Assembly (NCBI GenBank): GCA_040756875.1
Contig: JBFLYH010000001.1
Coordinates: 1,276,878-1,340,877 of the forward strand
DNA length: 64,000 nt
Direction: 5' to 3'
From: a candidate division FCPU426 bacterium
GTDB lineage: Bacteria > Oederibacteriota > JAAXVQ01 > JAUVAV01
Under the pieces are notes generated by a model. The model was not told where the DNA came from. It made no database searches and saw nothing but the letters and a program-made list of their open reading frames with translations. The position numbers and the translations under genes were made by a program. This document shows positions 37,765-47,713 of this stretch, in pieces (within the stretch, counting starts at the first letter, position 1; each line of letters opens with the position of its first letter).

Positions 37765-37894
37765 GGCGGACGTTCCAGCTTATCGTCTCACCAGCCTAAC
37801 CTCATTCAAAAGGTTCCTCTTCGGATTCGGGTTGCTTTCCGAATCTGAAGAAATGATATCGAAGGCCTTGAGGCGGTGAGCTGGAACGTCCGCC
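37765..37894 (+). ncRNA. candidate structured RNA: long rod with central bubble (6S-like architecture)
   Basis: 26-bp outer stem and 13-bp apical stem. All four non-Watson-Crick pairs within the stems are G-U on the + strand. Confidence 0.4.
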
Positions 37895-37909
37895 ACCCTC
37901 TTCCCTCTT

Positions 37910-38989
37910 CTACCAGAGATAATCCATGGGGTCCTTGACGCGGCCGCGCTCCAAGATTGAAAAATGCAGATGCGGGCCGGTCACCCGGCCGGTCGATCCG
38001 GAACGCCCGATCAATTGGCCGCGGCGGACGGATTGCCCGGTCCGGACAAGGATCTGGTCCAAGTGCCCGTACACGGTTTGATACCCGTTGTGGTGGTCGA
38101 TTTTAATGAACTTGCCCACGGCCCCGCCCCAGCCCGCCGCGATGACCGTGCCCTCGGCCGCCGATCCGACCCAGGTGCGGTGCGGGCAGGCGATGTCTAC
38201 GCCGTTATGGAACTTGGAAAAACCCAGCACCGGATGCAGGCGCATGCCCACGAAGGAGGTGTACCGTCCGGCCAGCGGCGAACGGAAGAGTGCGCGCTTG
38301 CTGTACTGCTCGTGCATGCCTTCGGAAAGATAGCGGGGCTTGGCGCCCGGGATGAAAAGCCACATACCCGGCAGTACGTCCCAATCGCTGTGGATGAGGT
38401 TGGCGCCGAGAATGGCGGCCGGCTCCACGCCGTAATCCAGGGCCACGGTGTCGATGGTTTCCCCGGGTTTGATCTGGTGCAAAGAACCGCCCTGCGAGGG
38501 AAGCAGGATTTTCTGCCCCTGAAAGCAGATCACCTGGCGCAGGTGCGGATTGCAGCCCACGATGGTGTCGATGGTGTAGCCGCGTTCCTTGGCGATCTGC
38601 CAGTAGTTTTCGCCGTTGGCGATGGTATGCAGGGAAAACTGGACGGCCTCGGGGTTCACGAAGCGGGTGTAGCTCAGAATCAGATCATCGAGCCCATCGG
38701 CTTCCCGGCTTCCGGCCTGCAGGCCGGTTTCCAGGGCATCCAAAAAAGCGGTCAGGTCCGGATACAGGTCGAACCCCTCCCCTGAGTAGGCTTCCAAGCG
38801 TTCGAGGGCGAAGGCTGATGGCAGGGACTGCTGGTTGGACGTTTCCGGGTACAAAGGGGCCACCGTGGGTTTGACGATCGTCGCAGCCACGGCCAGAGCG
38901 CCCACAGAACCTGCCAGACCGATAACCAGCAGGAAACGCAACGGGCGAAAAACCGGAAAAAGCCTGGATATCAAGGAGATTTGCAGCAT
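37910..38989 (-). CDS. LysM x2 + M23 metallopeptidase
   Basis: Two LysM-like segments, HNGVD, YGHL, GRVTGPHLHF. Start is uncertain. Confidence 0.9.
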   Translation of the reverse strand: MLQISLISRLFPVFRPLRFLLVIGLAGSVGALAVAATIVKPTVAPLYPETSNQQSLPSAFALERLEAYSGEGFDLYPDLTAFLDALETGLQAGSREADGLDDLILSYTRFVNPEAVQFSLHTIANGENYWQIAKERGYTIDTIVGCNPHLRQVICFQGQKILLPSQGGSLHQIKPGETIDTVALDYGVEPAAILGANLIHSDWDVLPGMWLFIPGAKPRYLSEGMHEQYSKRALFRSPLAGRYTSFVGMRLHPVLGFSKFHNGVDIACPHRTWVGSAAEGTVIAAGWGGAVGKFIKIDHHNGYQTVYGHLDQILVRTGQSVRRGQLIGRSGSTGRVTGPHLHFSILERGRVKDPMDYLW

Positions 38990-39114
38990 GTGAGGGAATC
39001 TTATCACGGTTTGCCACCTGGGTCCATAAAAAAACCCCGGCCTCAATTTAGTCATCCCCTTCGCCGGCGGACTCTGTAGGCGGAACTCATCCGGAATGCC
39101 TACACCCTTCGGGC

Positions 39115-41043
39115 TCAGCGCATGATCGCCAGCTTGCCGCGCCGTTCCTCAGTTTCGGATTTAATGATGTAAATATACACGCCCGAGGCGACCCGCTTGC
39201 CCTGGCTGTTGGTCAGGTCCCATTCCACCCGGTTGCCGGGTGAATCTTTGTAGAATTCGCGCACCAGGCTCCCGCCCAGGTCGTAAAGCCGGATGACGCA
39301 GCGCCGCGTCAGGTTGAAGAAAACGATCTGGCCGCGCACATTCCTGTCCGTACGGAAGGGATTGGGATACACGATCATGTTCGACAGGTCCGCCGCCTCG
39401 ACGTTGGGGGTCGAAGTCAGCGTGAAAGTCGGGGTCAGCGTGATGGTCGGCGTCAAGGTCCGCGTGGGCGAAAGCGTGCTGGTTGGGCTCTGGGTAAACG
39501 TCGCGGAAATGGTCGGCGTGCGGGTAAACGTCGGCGTCACCGTAAAGGTGGAGGTTTGGGTCGCCGTGGGGGTAAAGGTGTCCGTCGGAGTGGTGGTGAA
39601 GGTCTGCGTGAAGGTCCGGGTCGGGGTTTCCGTGGGCGTGGCCGTAACCGTGTCTGTGGGTGTATGGGTGGCGGACTGAGTGAACGTCGCGGTGGAGGTC
39701 TGCGTCGGCGTGACCGTGGGCGTGGCTGTGCGGGTATAGGTCACGGTATCGGTGGCGGATTCGGTGGCCGTGGGCGTCACGGTGGGAGTGGGCGTGGAAG
39801 TCCGCGTAGGAGTGGCGGTAGAAGTCTCTGTAACCGTGTAGGTCTGGGTAGGCGTGGGCGTGATCGTCAGGGTGGGCGATTCGGTGAACGTCGGGGTGCG
39901 GGTAAAGGTCGGTGTATAGGTGGAGGTGGCCAAAGGCGTGTACGTGGGGGTGCTGGTCAGCCAGACATATTCGTAAATATTGTTGTCGGCCGAGGCGACG
40001 TACAGGCAGTTGTAGTTCGCGCCTTCGCGCCCGATGCCGGCCGCCATACCGTATAAGGCGCCACCGGAATCCGCCACCAGGGTCGAGGACCACGAAGCGC
40101 CGTTCCACCGGTATTCGTACGTCGCGCCGTCGTTGAAGCCGGCATACAGGCGCGTGACCCCGTCGTTGCGGACGTCGCCGATGGTCAAGCCGCGGCAGGT
40201 GTTGTTGTTGCCTCCCGGGCCGCCGATCGAGGACCCTGACCAGCTGCTGCCGCCCCAGACGAATTCCCACACCACGCCGTCATTGTGCCCGGCGTACACG
40301 TAATTGTTGCTGTCGCCATTGCGCCCTTTGCCGACCTGCACCACGTTGAAATTGTCTCCGCCGTTGCCCATGTCGGTTTGGCTGTAGGCGCTGCCGGTCC
40401 AGGTGTGCTCGTAGACGTGGTTGTTCAAGCTCGCGATGTACAGCCGAGGCACCAGGTCGTTCCGTCCATAGCCCAAGGCCACGGACACCGCGTCATCGCC
40501 CACATCCGTTCCGGCGTTATTGCTCAAATACATCGAAAAAAAACCGTTCCACTCAAATTCCTTGACGAAATTATCCGCGCTGCCCGTATAAATAAAATTC
40601 GAGGGATTTAAATTCCTGCCTTTGCCAACCACGCAGCTTAGCAGATTTTGCGACAGGCCCGAAGTTTGATACATTTCCCAGGAAGTGCCGTTGTAAAAAT
40701 AATCCATCAAACGGTTATTGTAGCCGCTGGCGTAAATGCGCGCTTCCCCGTTATTCCGGCCCTCACCCACCGCCACGCCGGACAGAATGTCCCCGGTGGC
40801 CGTGCCCACCGTCCCGCCGTTCCACCCGAAGCCATCCCACTGGTATTCATGCAAATACTGGTCGTCGCCGACCGCATAGAGATAAACGCCCGCAGAACCA
40901 TCCCGCCCCGCGGTCACGGTTACATCGCGGAAAGTGTTCGTTCCGCTGATGGTGTTCAACTCCCAAACAGCCAGAACCGTCGACGGCAATCCTGTTAAAC
41001 CAAGAGCTGGGATCAGGATCATGGTCATTGCGAACTTGTGCAT
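39115..41043 (-). CDS. secreted seven-repeat beta-propeller + Thr stalk + T9SS-type CTD
   Basis: Seven G.GRN....RLY......YE..W.G.SW repeats; stalk; IVYPNPFR...WDLTN..G.RVASGVY...GKLAIMR. Confidence 0.8.
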   Translation of the reverse strand: MHKFAMTMILIPALGLTGLPSTVLAVWELNTISGTNTFRDVTVTAGRDGSAGVYLYAVGDDQYLHEYQWDGFGWNGGTVGTATGDILSGVAVGEGRNNGEARIYASGYNNRLMDYFYNGTSWEMYQTSGLSQNLLSCVVGKGRNLNPSNFIYTGSADNFVKEFEWNGFFSMYLSNNAGTDVGDDAVSVALGYGRNDLVPRLYIASLNNHVYEHTWTGSAYSQTDMGNGGDNFNVVQVGKGRNGDSNNYVYAGHNDGVVWEFVWGGSSWSGSSIGGPGGNNNTCRGLTIGDVRNDGVTRLYAGFNDGATYEYRWNGASWSSTLVADSGGALYGMAAGIGREGANYNCLYVASADNNIYEYVWLTSTPTYTPLATSTYTPTFTRTPTFTESPTLTITPTPTQTYTVTETSTATPTRTSTPTPTVTPTATESATDTVTYTRTATPTVTPTQTSTATFTQSATHTPTDTVTATPTETPTRTFTQTFTTTPTDTFTPTATQTSTFTVTPTFTRTPTISATFTQSPTSTLSPTRTLTPTITLTPTFTLTSTPNVEAADLSNMIVYPNPFRTDRNVRGQIVFFNLTRRCVIRLYDLGGSLVREFYKDSPGNRVEWDLTNSQGKRVASGVYIYIIKSETEERRGKLAIMR

Positions 41044-41115
41044 GCAGCGCACTCCTCTTGACGGATGTCCTTATTTTTGCACACCCGTCTTAAAAAGCAA
41101 AGCCGGTTTTTATCT

Positions 41116-43056
41116 TCAGCGGAGAATGTAGATTTTTCCGGTTTTTTCCTCCCGCAGGGTCTTCAGCACGTAAATGTACAGGCCCGAGGCCACGGCCCGC
41201 CCCTGCCGGTTGTCCAGATTCCAGACCAGACGGTTTCCGGGATCATCCTTCTGGAACTCCCTCACCAACCGCCCGTCCAGGGTGTAAATCCTCACCACCA
41301 CCCGGCTGGGCAGTTGCATGAAGACGACCCTGGCCGACGGATAAAAATCGCTGCGGTAGGGATTCGGATAAACGATCACATGCGCCAAATCGCTTGCCGC
41401 CACGTTAGGCGTCTCCGTGAACGTCGGCGTGATCATGGGCGAGTCGGTGGGCGTGGGAGTCACTGTGCGCGTCGGCGAGATGGTGGACGTGACGGTGATG
41501 GTCGGTGTCGCCGTATACGTGGGTGTGCACGTGAATGTCGGCGTGGCGGTACGGGTGCGCGTAATCGTCCGCGTCGGGGTGATCGTGAAAGTTACGGTAA
41601 TGGTATCCGTGGGCGTGGCGGTATAGGGCGGCGTGTGCGTGCGTGTGGGCGTGATGGTGAAGGTTTGGGTGATGGTGGGCGTGGCGGTGAAGGTCGGCGA
41701 AGCGGTGAAAGTCGGGGTAATGGTGAACGTGGGAGAGGATGTGGGCGTATCGGTGAACGTCGGCGTGGAAGTGGCCGTGCTGCTGATGGTGGCCGTGGGC
41801 GTGGCAGTGGACGTGGCCGTAAAAGTGGCGGATTCCGTGGCCGTAGAACTGTGCGTAGACGTGGGCGTGACGGTCCGCGTGGGCGTGACGGTCGCGGAAT
41901 CCGTAGCGGTCGGCGAGGCTGTGCGGGTCGGGCTGGGGCTGGGCGTCAGGGTGGGGGTCGGGGTGGCGCGGGCTGTTTCGGCGGAAATCGCGGAAAACGC
42001 GCCGGGATCGCGCTGGTTGTAATAGGACGTGGAAATCCAGGTGTCGGAAACCGCCGCGGCGTAAACCCGGACCTCGTCCACCAGACCGTCCAGGTACCGG
42101 CTGGTGTCGGCGTTGCGGGCGATATTGAAATTGGTGGAGGTATTATTGATGCGCGAGGCGCTGCCAGTGGCCGTCTGTTTGACGCCGTTGACGAAAAGTG
42201 CAACTTCGTGCCCGCCGGCCAAATTATACCTCCCCACCAGGTGATACCAGGTATTGGTTGTGGCGGCGCTATTGCTGGTGGCTTCCCGCCACCAGGTTCC
42301 GTCATAGATCACGAAGATCATGTTATTGCTCGTAACGCCGCTTTTTTGCAAGGCGTATTGCGTATCGCCTTTGGTGACAATTTCATGAAAGGTATTCACG
42401 CCCAGTGTGTCGAACCGCACCCAGGCCTCGATGCTGAGCGGCACGTCGCCATTGCGGTCCAGTGCCGAAGGTTCGCCGTGATCGATGTATCCTGTCGAGC
42501 CGTTCGGATGCTGGCAGCGCCAGATCGGGCCGTATTCCGCGCCGGGCAAATTGCCGTAAAAAGTCCCATCCGCGTTGTTGGCCGTGCTGTCGTTCGCGCT
42601 GCCGGAAGACTCTCCCAAATGCCACACCCCGGCGAAAATGGACGCGTTCCAGGTCCCGGTCTGATTGGGTTCGTTGGCAGCCGCGTAGCCGTAATACATG
42701 TAAATCGTCGTCGCAATCGAACCCGAAAGGTTGGGGATCCTCACCCAGGCTTCCAGGCTGTTGCCGGCGGCGTCGTAAGCGGCGATTTCGCGGTCCAATT
42801 TAGTGGTTTCCGAACCGTCCGTAAAAATGATATCCATGTTGCTTACGGTGTTTTTTTGCACATGGGAGAAAAAAGTGGAATCCAGATCGGCCTCGGTGAT
42901 TAAAACCGGAAAATTGGCTTGGTCGCCGGTGACTTGCGCCGGATCAATGGTAATTTGGCGTTTGTACTGGTAGTTGGCGTCGAACCAGGCTGCCCAGCCC
43001 GTTTCAACGCCGCCTGCCAGAAGCAACACTGCCAAAAAAAACCTGGTCGGCTTCAT
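41116..43056 (-). CDS. secreted DUF2341/LamG-like + Thr stalk + T9SS-type CTD
   Basis: W.....YKRQITID...NFPVL...WVRIP.L......IYMYYG; LamG-like WYHLVG, GLVDEVRVY; YPNPYR CTD. Confidence 0.8.
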   Translation of the reverse strand: MKPTRFFLAVLLLAGGVETGWAAWFDANYQYKRQITIDPAQVTGDQANFPVLITEADLDSTFFSHVQKNTVSNMDIIFTDGSETTKLDREIAAYDAAGNSLEAWVRIPNLSGSIATTIYMYYGYAAANEPNQTGTWNASIFAGVWHLGESSGSANDSTANNADGTFYGNLPGAEYGPIWRCQHPNGSTGYIDHGEPSALDRNGDVPLSIEAWVRFDTLGVNTFHEIVTKGDTQYALQKSGVTSNNMIFVIYDGTWWREATSNSAATTNTWYHLVGRYNLAGGHEVALFVNGVKQTATGSASRINNTSTNFNIARNADTSRYLDGLVDEVRVYAAAVSDTWISTSYYNQRDPGAFSAISAETARATPTPTLTPSPSPTRTASPTATDSATVTPTRTVTPTSTHSSTATESATFTATSTATPTATISSTATSTPTFTDTPTSSPTFTITPTFTASPTFTATPTITQTFTITPTRTHTPPYTATPTDTITVTFTITPTRTITRTRTATPTFTCTPTYTATPTITVTSTISPTRTVTPTPTDSPMITPTFTETPNVAASDLAHVIVYPNPYRSDFYPSARVVFMQLPSRVVVRIYTLDGRLVREFQKDDPGNRLVWNLDNRQGRAVASGLYIYVLKTLREEKTGKIYILR

Positions 43057-43088
43057 CTTTTTCCGATTTCTCCCCTTGGTTTGAATTT

Positions 43089-45152
43089 TCAACGCAAAAG
43101 GTATATTTTACCGGTCTTTTTCTCCCGGATGGTCTTGACCACGTAAATATACGCCCCGGAAGCCACGGGCCGCCCGTGCCGGTTTTCCAGGTCCCAAACC
43201 ACCCGGTTCCCGGAATCGTCCTTCTGGAACTCCCTGACCAGCCGGCCATCCAGGGAGTATATCCGTAAGACTGCCCGTCCGGGCAATTGGATGAACACGA
43301 TGCGGCTGACCGGATTCAAATCCCCCCGGAAGGGATTCGGATAGACGATCACATGGGACAGATCGTCGGCCGGCACTTCGGGTGTCATGCTAGGCGTCAC
43401 GGAGACCCATGGCGTCTTGGTGGGCGTAGGTGAGTCCGTGCGCGTGGGCGAGATAGTCGGCGTCGGGCTGATAGTCGGGCTCGCGGTATGCGTGGGCGTG
43501 ATGGTGGCGGTCCGTGAAATCGTGAACGTGGGTGTTACGGTCCGCGTGGGCGTGATCGTGAAAGTGAGCGTAATCGTATCCGTGGGTGTGGCCGTGTAGG
43601 GCGGGGTGTGCGTACGCGTGGGCGTGATGGTCGGCGTCTCAGTGATCGTGGCCGAAATGGTGGCCGTGGGCGAAATGGTGGCGGTAGGTGAAATGGTGGG
43701 AGTCGGCGAAATCGTATACGTCGGGCTGCACGTGGGCGTGCCCGTAGGCGTGCCCGTCGGGGTGGGCGTATGGGCAAGCGACGTGATGATAAAATAATCT
43801 CCCTGGTTCAAATTCACGGTGGCGGTCCACACCCCGCCGGCTTCGGTCATGGAAAACGGCGCCGCGCCGCTGGTGAAATCGCCGTCCGCATCCGTATAGA
43901 GAACCAGATTGCTGCCCGCAAAAGGCGGCAAGTCCGCGGCATTGACAGACACTTTAACCAGGCCGACGTCCCCGGCTTCCCGCACGCGCCACTGCCGGAC
44001 CAGGCGCCGGGTTCCGGTCGGCGCCGCAGTCCCGCTCCAGGCAGCGATGCTGCCGCCGTCGTCGCCGAAGCAAAGAAACTCGCGGTCGCTGATATCCACC
44101 CACGCAGGCGAGCCATTGCTCCCCTCGTTGTCAGCCTCCAGCGTCAGGAGCGAGGAGGCTTCGATGGATTTGGATTTGACCTGCGCCAATCCGGAGGTGT
44201 CGTCGCGCCCAATGCCGGTTATGTCATTCACGTAAGTACTGAAACCCAGATTCGTCATGGTGCAAAATACGCTGCCGCCGCTATCCGTGTAATCCCCCGA
44301 TGCCAGGGTTATTCCGTATTTCAGGGCCAGATACGACTCCACCTGCCGCCGCTCCGAGGCACTCAAGGCCCGGTCGTAAATCACGATTTCCGACACCCGG
44401 CCGTTGAACATCTCGGTCAAATTGGGGCGGGCGCCGATGCGCTGATTGCCCGACCCGTGATTCCGGCTGGTGCTCGAATGCGTGCCCCGGGTCTGGCCAT
44501 TGCAAAATATTTCCCGTCCGCTGCCGCTGTCATTGTACCAATACGTGCCCACCACCGGAATTCCAGCCGCCAGCAGATAGTCGACCGAGTGCAGGTCATT
44601 GGCGGTCCCGTACCAGGCGTCCACCTGGTCGTAATTGTCGCCGCCGCCGAACCACAGTCGCTGGTTGTTCGATTCATTGCCGCCTGAAACCACGGGCTGC
44701 CAATTGCCGTTGTTCACGTAAAACGCGAGAAACCCGGTATAGCTCCCTCCGCCGCTGGTCAGGGCGCTGTTCGGCAGATTAATGTAGTCGTTGCCGTCTA
44801 AATCCACGGCCGGGTTGAAATTCATGCTCTGGGTTTGCCGGTTGGGGTCCGAAGACACGGAAGTGGAATTGTAACCGTTGCCCGATTGGTCGGCCCAGGC
44901 GGTGACATTGTTGCTGCCGTCCACCAGGACCCCGGCATCGGCCTTATACCAGACATGCAGATTGGAGCTGACGCCGCCCGGCGAGGCGGCGATAACGGTG
45001 CCGGCAGTCAAGAGCCACATGGCGGCGCCCAGACAGACACGTCGCCAGCAGAATAAGCCCCTGCCTGGCGGCAGTAGGATCGCGTCGAGAATCCCGGGCC
45101 GGGTGGTCTGTGCCGAAAACTTTTCAGCGCGTTCCTTCGTCAGCTTTTTCAA
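43089..45152 (-). CDS. secreted LamG-like domain protein + Thr stalk + T9SS-type CTD
   Basis: SPGGV...WYKAD.G, W.DQSGNG, SEIVIY.R.L...ESYLALKYGITL; YPNPFR CTD. TTG start follows GAGGA. Confidence 0.8.
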   Translation of the reverse strand: MKKLTKERAEKFSAQTTRPGILDAILLPPGRGLFCWRRVCLGAAMWLLTAGTVIAASPGGVSSNLHVWYKADAGVLVDGSNNVTAWADQSGNGYNSTSVSSDPNRQTQSMNFNPAVDLDGNDYINLPNSALTSGGGSYTGFLAFYVNNGNWQPVVSGGNESNNQRLWFGGGDNYDQVDAWYGTANDLHSVDYLLAAGIPVVGTYWYNDSGSGREIFCNGQTRGTHSSTSRNHGSGNQRIGARPNLTEMFNGRVSEIVIYDRALSASERRQVESYLALKYGITLASGDYTDSGGSVFCTMTNLGFSTYVNDITGIGRDDTSGLAQVKSKSIEASSLLTLEADNEGSNGSPAWVDISDREFLCFGDDGGSIAAWSGTAAPTGTRRLVRQWRVREAGDVGLVKVSVNAADLPPFAGSNLVLYTDADGDFTSGAAPFSMTEAGGVWTATVNLNQGDYFIITSLAHTPTPTGTPTGTPTCSPTYTISPTPTISPTATISPTATISATITETPTITPTRTHTPPYTATPTDTITLTFTITPTRTVTPTFTISRTATITPTHTASPTISPTPTISPTRTDSPTPTKTPWVSVTPSMTPEVPADDLSHVIVYPNPFRGDLNPVSRIVFIQLPGRAVLRIYSLDGRLVREFQKDDSGNRVVWDLENRHGRPVASGAYIYVVKTIREKKTGKIYLLR

Positions 45153-45233
45153 GTGATATTCCTCGTCTCGAAGGCTGTAATTGCACCCCCGCCCCTGCCG
45201 GTCACCCCGACCCGCCCGGCCGCTTGCTCCGAA

Positions 45234-46778
45234 TCAACGCATGATGAAGATCGTTCCGGTCTTTTTCTCCCTCGGCGTCTTCAGCACGTAAACATAGGCG
45301 CCGGAGGCCACCAGCCGTCCCTGGCGATTCGTCAAATCCCACTCCGCCCGGTTCCCCCCATCATCCTTGCGGATTTCCTCCACCAGCTTGCCGTCCAGGG
45401 TATAGATCCTGATAAACACCTGCCTTGGCAGCTGGATGAACACAATCCGGCCGTTGCGGTTCAGGTCGGCGCGATAGGGATTGGGATAAACGATCACGTG
45501 CGCCAAGTCGCCCGCCGCCAGATTCGGCGTGTCCGTGGGCGTGGCGGTAACCACCGGCGAATGGGTCGGCGTGGGCGTGACCGTCAGGGTGGGCGTAATC
45601 GTGGAAGTGCGGGTGATGGTCGGCGTGACCGTGTAAGTCGGCGTGGCGGTAAAGGTCGGCGTGCGCGTAAACGTCCGCGTAATCGTCCGCGTCGGGGTGA
45701 TCGTGAAAGTAATCGTGATCGTATCCGTCGGAGTGGCCGTATAAGGCGGCGTGTGCGTGCGCGTGGGCGTGATCGTGAAAGTCTGGGTGATGGTGGGCGT
45801 GGCCGTGAAGGTCGGCGTGGCCGTGAAGGTCGGCGTCACAGTGTACGTCGGCGTGGCCGTAGGCGTGTCGGTGAACGTGGCCGTGGGCGTGGCCGTGCGC
45901 GTCACCGTGGCTGTGGGCGTGGCTGTGCGTGTGGCTGTAAATGTGGCGGACTCCGTGGCCGTGAACGTGGCTGTGGGCGTGGGTGTGACGGTCCGTGTGG
46001 TGGTGGCGGTTGCTGAATCTGTAGCGGTCGGAGATTCAGTGAAAGTCGGGGTAACGGTTCGGGTGAAGGTAGGCGTGCCCGTGGAGGTGAAAGTCGGGCT
46101 CAGCGTAGCCGTCGGCGACGTGGTGGCTGTAAAAGTCCTGGACGACGTGGGGGTGAAAGTGGGTGTATTGGCAGGGGTATTCGTCACCGTAAACGTTAGT
46201 GTAGCGGTGAACGTGCGCGTAATTGTGGGGGTATAGGTCGGGGTGGGCACTACTTCCGAAGCGTAGATGCAGAGCCTGCGGCCCCAATAAAAATCAACTG
46301 TACCGAAAGGATTGGTAAACGCACCGTAACTCATGTCATGACCGGCGCTTTTCATGTTGTCAAAATCAGCAAAGTAGGCTAAATCCACGGTATTATTGCT
46401 GTCATCCGTTTGCATGGAAAGCCAATATGTCGTCCCATTCGTAACCGTGGTTGACGGAATGACAAACTCGTTCCAACCGGTGGACAAACCCTGCGAAGTG
46501 CTTTCAGCCAACAGAGCTCCCGGCGTATTGAGAAGCCCGCCGGCATATAAAGCAACGCGGCCGTTATCCCCAAACCCGACGCCACCAAGATACATATAAA
46601 TGCGGTTTACAGTGCCAGTCCCGCCATCATTGACAAACTGGGTCGCGCGCTGTCGCCCATCCAAATTGTTTATATAGGAAGCACCACTGGTGCTAGTTTC
46701 ACCGAATGTAACTGCCCACAGGGTTTGCGGCAGAATTTGGCAGCTAATTATTGAAATTAAAATGAATAAACGTTTCAT
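45234..46778 (-). CDS. secreted small beta-sandwich head + long Thr stalk + T9SS-type CTD
   Basis: Signal peptide MKRLFILISIIS; ~170-aa head; ~240-aa TPTxTx stalk; YPNPYR CTD. Confidence 0.8.
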   Translation of the reverse strand: MKRLFILISIISCQILPQTLWAVTFGETSTSGASYINNLDGRQRATQFVNDGGTGTVNRIYMYLGGVGFGDNGRVALYAGGLLNTPGALLAESTSQGLSTGWNEFVIPSTTVTNGTTYWLSMQTDDSNNTVDLAYFADFDNMKSAGHDMSYGAFTNPFGTVDFYWGRRLCIYASEVVPTPTYTPTITRTFTATLTFTVTNTPANTPTFTPTSSRTFTATTSPTATLSPTFTSTGTPTFTRTVTPTFTESPTATDSATATTTRTVTPTPTATFTATESATFTATRTATPTATVTRTATPTATFTDTPTATPTYTVTPTFTATPTFTATPTITQTFTITPTRTHTPPYTATPTDTITITFTITPTRTITRTFTRTPTFTATPTYTVTPTITRTSTITPTLTVTPTPTHSPVVTATPTDTPNLAAGDLAHVIVYPNPYRADLNRNGRIVFIQLPRQVFIRIYTLDGKLVEEIRKDDGGNRAEWDLTNRQGRLVASGAYVYVLKTPREKKTGTIFIMR

Positions 46779-46936
46779 TTCAGCCCGCCTAATATGCAAA
46801 ATTACTTCATATTTAGTATACCAAAATATTTTCAATGGCACCAATAATTCTATTTTACGCGCCCTCAATAAAATCATTATTTTAAAAGGTTTTCCAGGCG
46901 GATCACAAGGATGGTTCTTCGCAATATTTAGTGTAG

Positions 46937-47713
46937 CTATAAAGTGAATTTTTCACCCAGGTAGATTTCTCTAGCTTTTTTACTGGTAGCGAGCTGCTTC
47001 GCTGACCCGGATAGGAGAATTTTTCCTTCGTATAAAATGTACGCGCGGTCCGTAATGGAAAGCGTTTCCCGGACATTGTGGTCTGTGATGATGATGCCGA
47101 TGCCCTTGCGCTTCAACTGGCGGATGATGTTCTGGATATCCAAAACCGCGATGGGATCCACTCCTACGAACGGCTCGTCGAGCAGGATGAACGACGGTTC
47201 CAAAACCAGGGCCCGGGTGATTTCCAGGCGGCGGCGTTCCCCACCAGACAGGGTGTACGCCTTCTGCTGCCTCAGGTGGGAGATATTCAGCTCAGCCAAT
47301 AGCTTGTTGAGGCGCCGAGCCTGCTCTTCCTTCCCCAGTTTCAGCGTTTCCAAAATGGCCAGCAGGTTTTCCTCCACCGTCAGCTTCCGGAAAACCGATG
47401 ATTCCTGCGACAGATAGGAAATGCCGAGCCTGGCCCGGCGATACATTGGCAACTGAGTGATTTCTTCGCCCTCCCGGCCGGGATAACGCAGCATGATCCG
47501 CCCGCTCTCCGGCCTGATCATGCCGACCACCATGTAAAATGTCGTGGTCTTGCCCGCGCCGTTCGGGCCCAGCAGTCCCACGATCTCACCGCGCTTGACT
47601 TCCAGGCTGACTTGGTTGACCACGCGCTTTCGCCGGTATACCTTCACCAAGTCTTCGGTGGTCAAAGCCGAAGGACCGGGCCACTTGGGCTGTTGGGGAG
47701 AGCGGGAAGTCAT
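46937..47713 (-). CDS. lptB: LPS export ABC transporter ATP-binding protein
   Basis: [51 protein letters not shown]. Confidence 0.95.
   Translation of the reverse strand: MTSRSPQQPKWPGPSALTTEDLVKVYRRKRVVNQVSLEVKRGEIVGLLGPNGAGKTTTFYMVVGMIRPESGRIMLRYPGREGEEITQLPMYRRARLGISYLSQESSVFRKLTVEENLLAILETLKLGKEEQARRLNKLLAELNISHLRQQKAYTLSGGERRRLEITRALVLEPSFILLDEPFVGVDPIAVLDIQNIIRQLKRKGIGIIITDHNVRETLSITDRAYILYEGKILLSGSAKQLATSKKAREIYLGEKFTL

Noticed and set aside
38995-39060. Possible c-di-GMP-I riboswitch upstream of the LysM/M23 gene (GGCAAAC on the minus strand)
   Set aside because: No GAAA-tetraloop P2 stem and no GCAAA/P3 motif follows.
39115-46778. Diversity-generating retroelement or invertible cassette explaining the repeated gene ends
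   Set aside because: Differences between copies are mostly synonymous rather than adenine-specific, and there is no reverse transcriptase or recombinase in the window.
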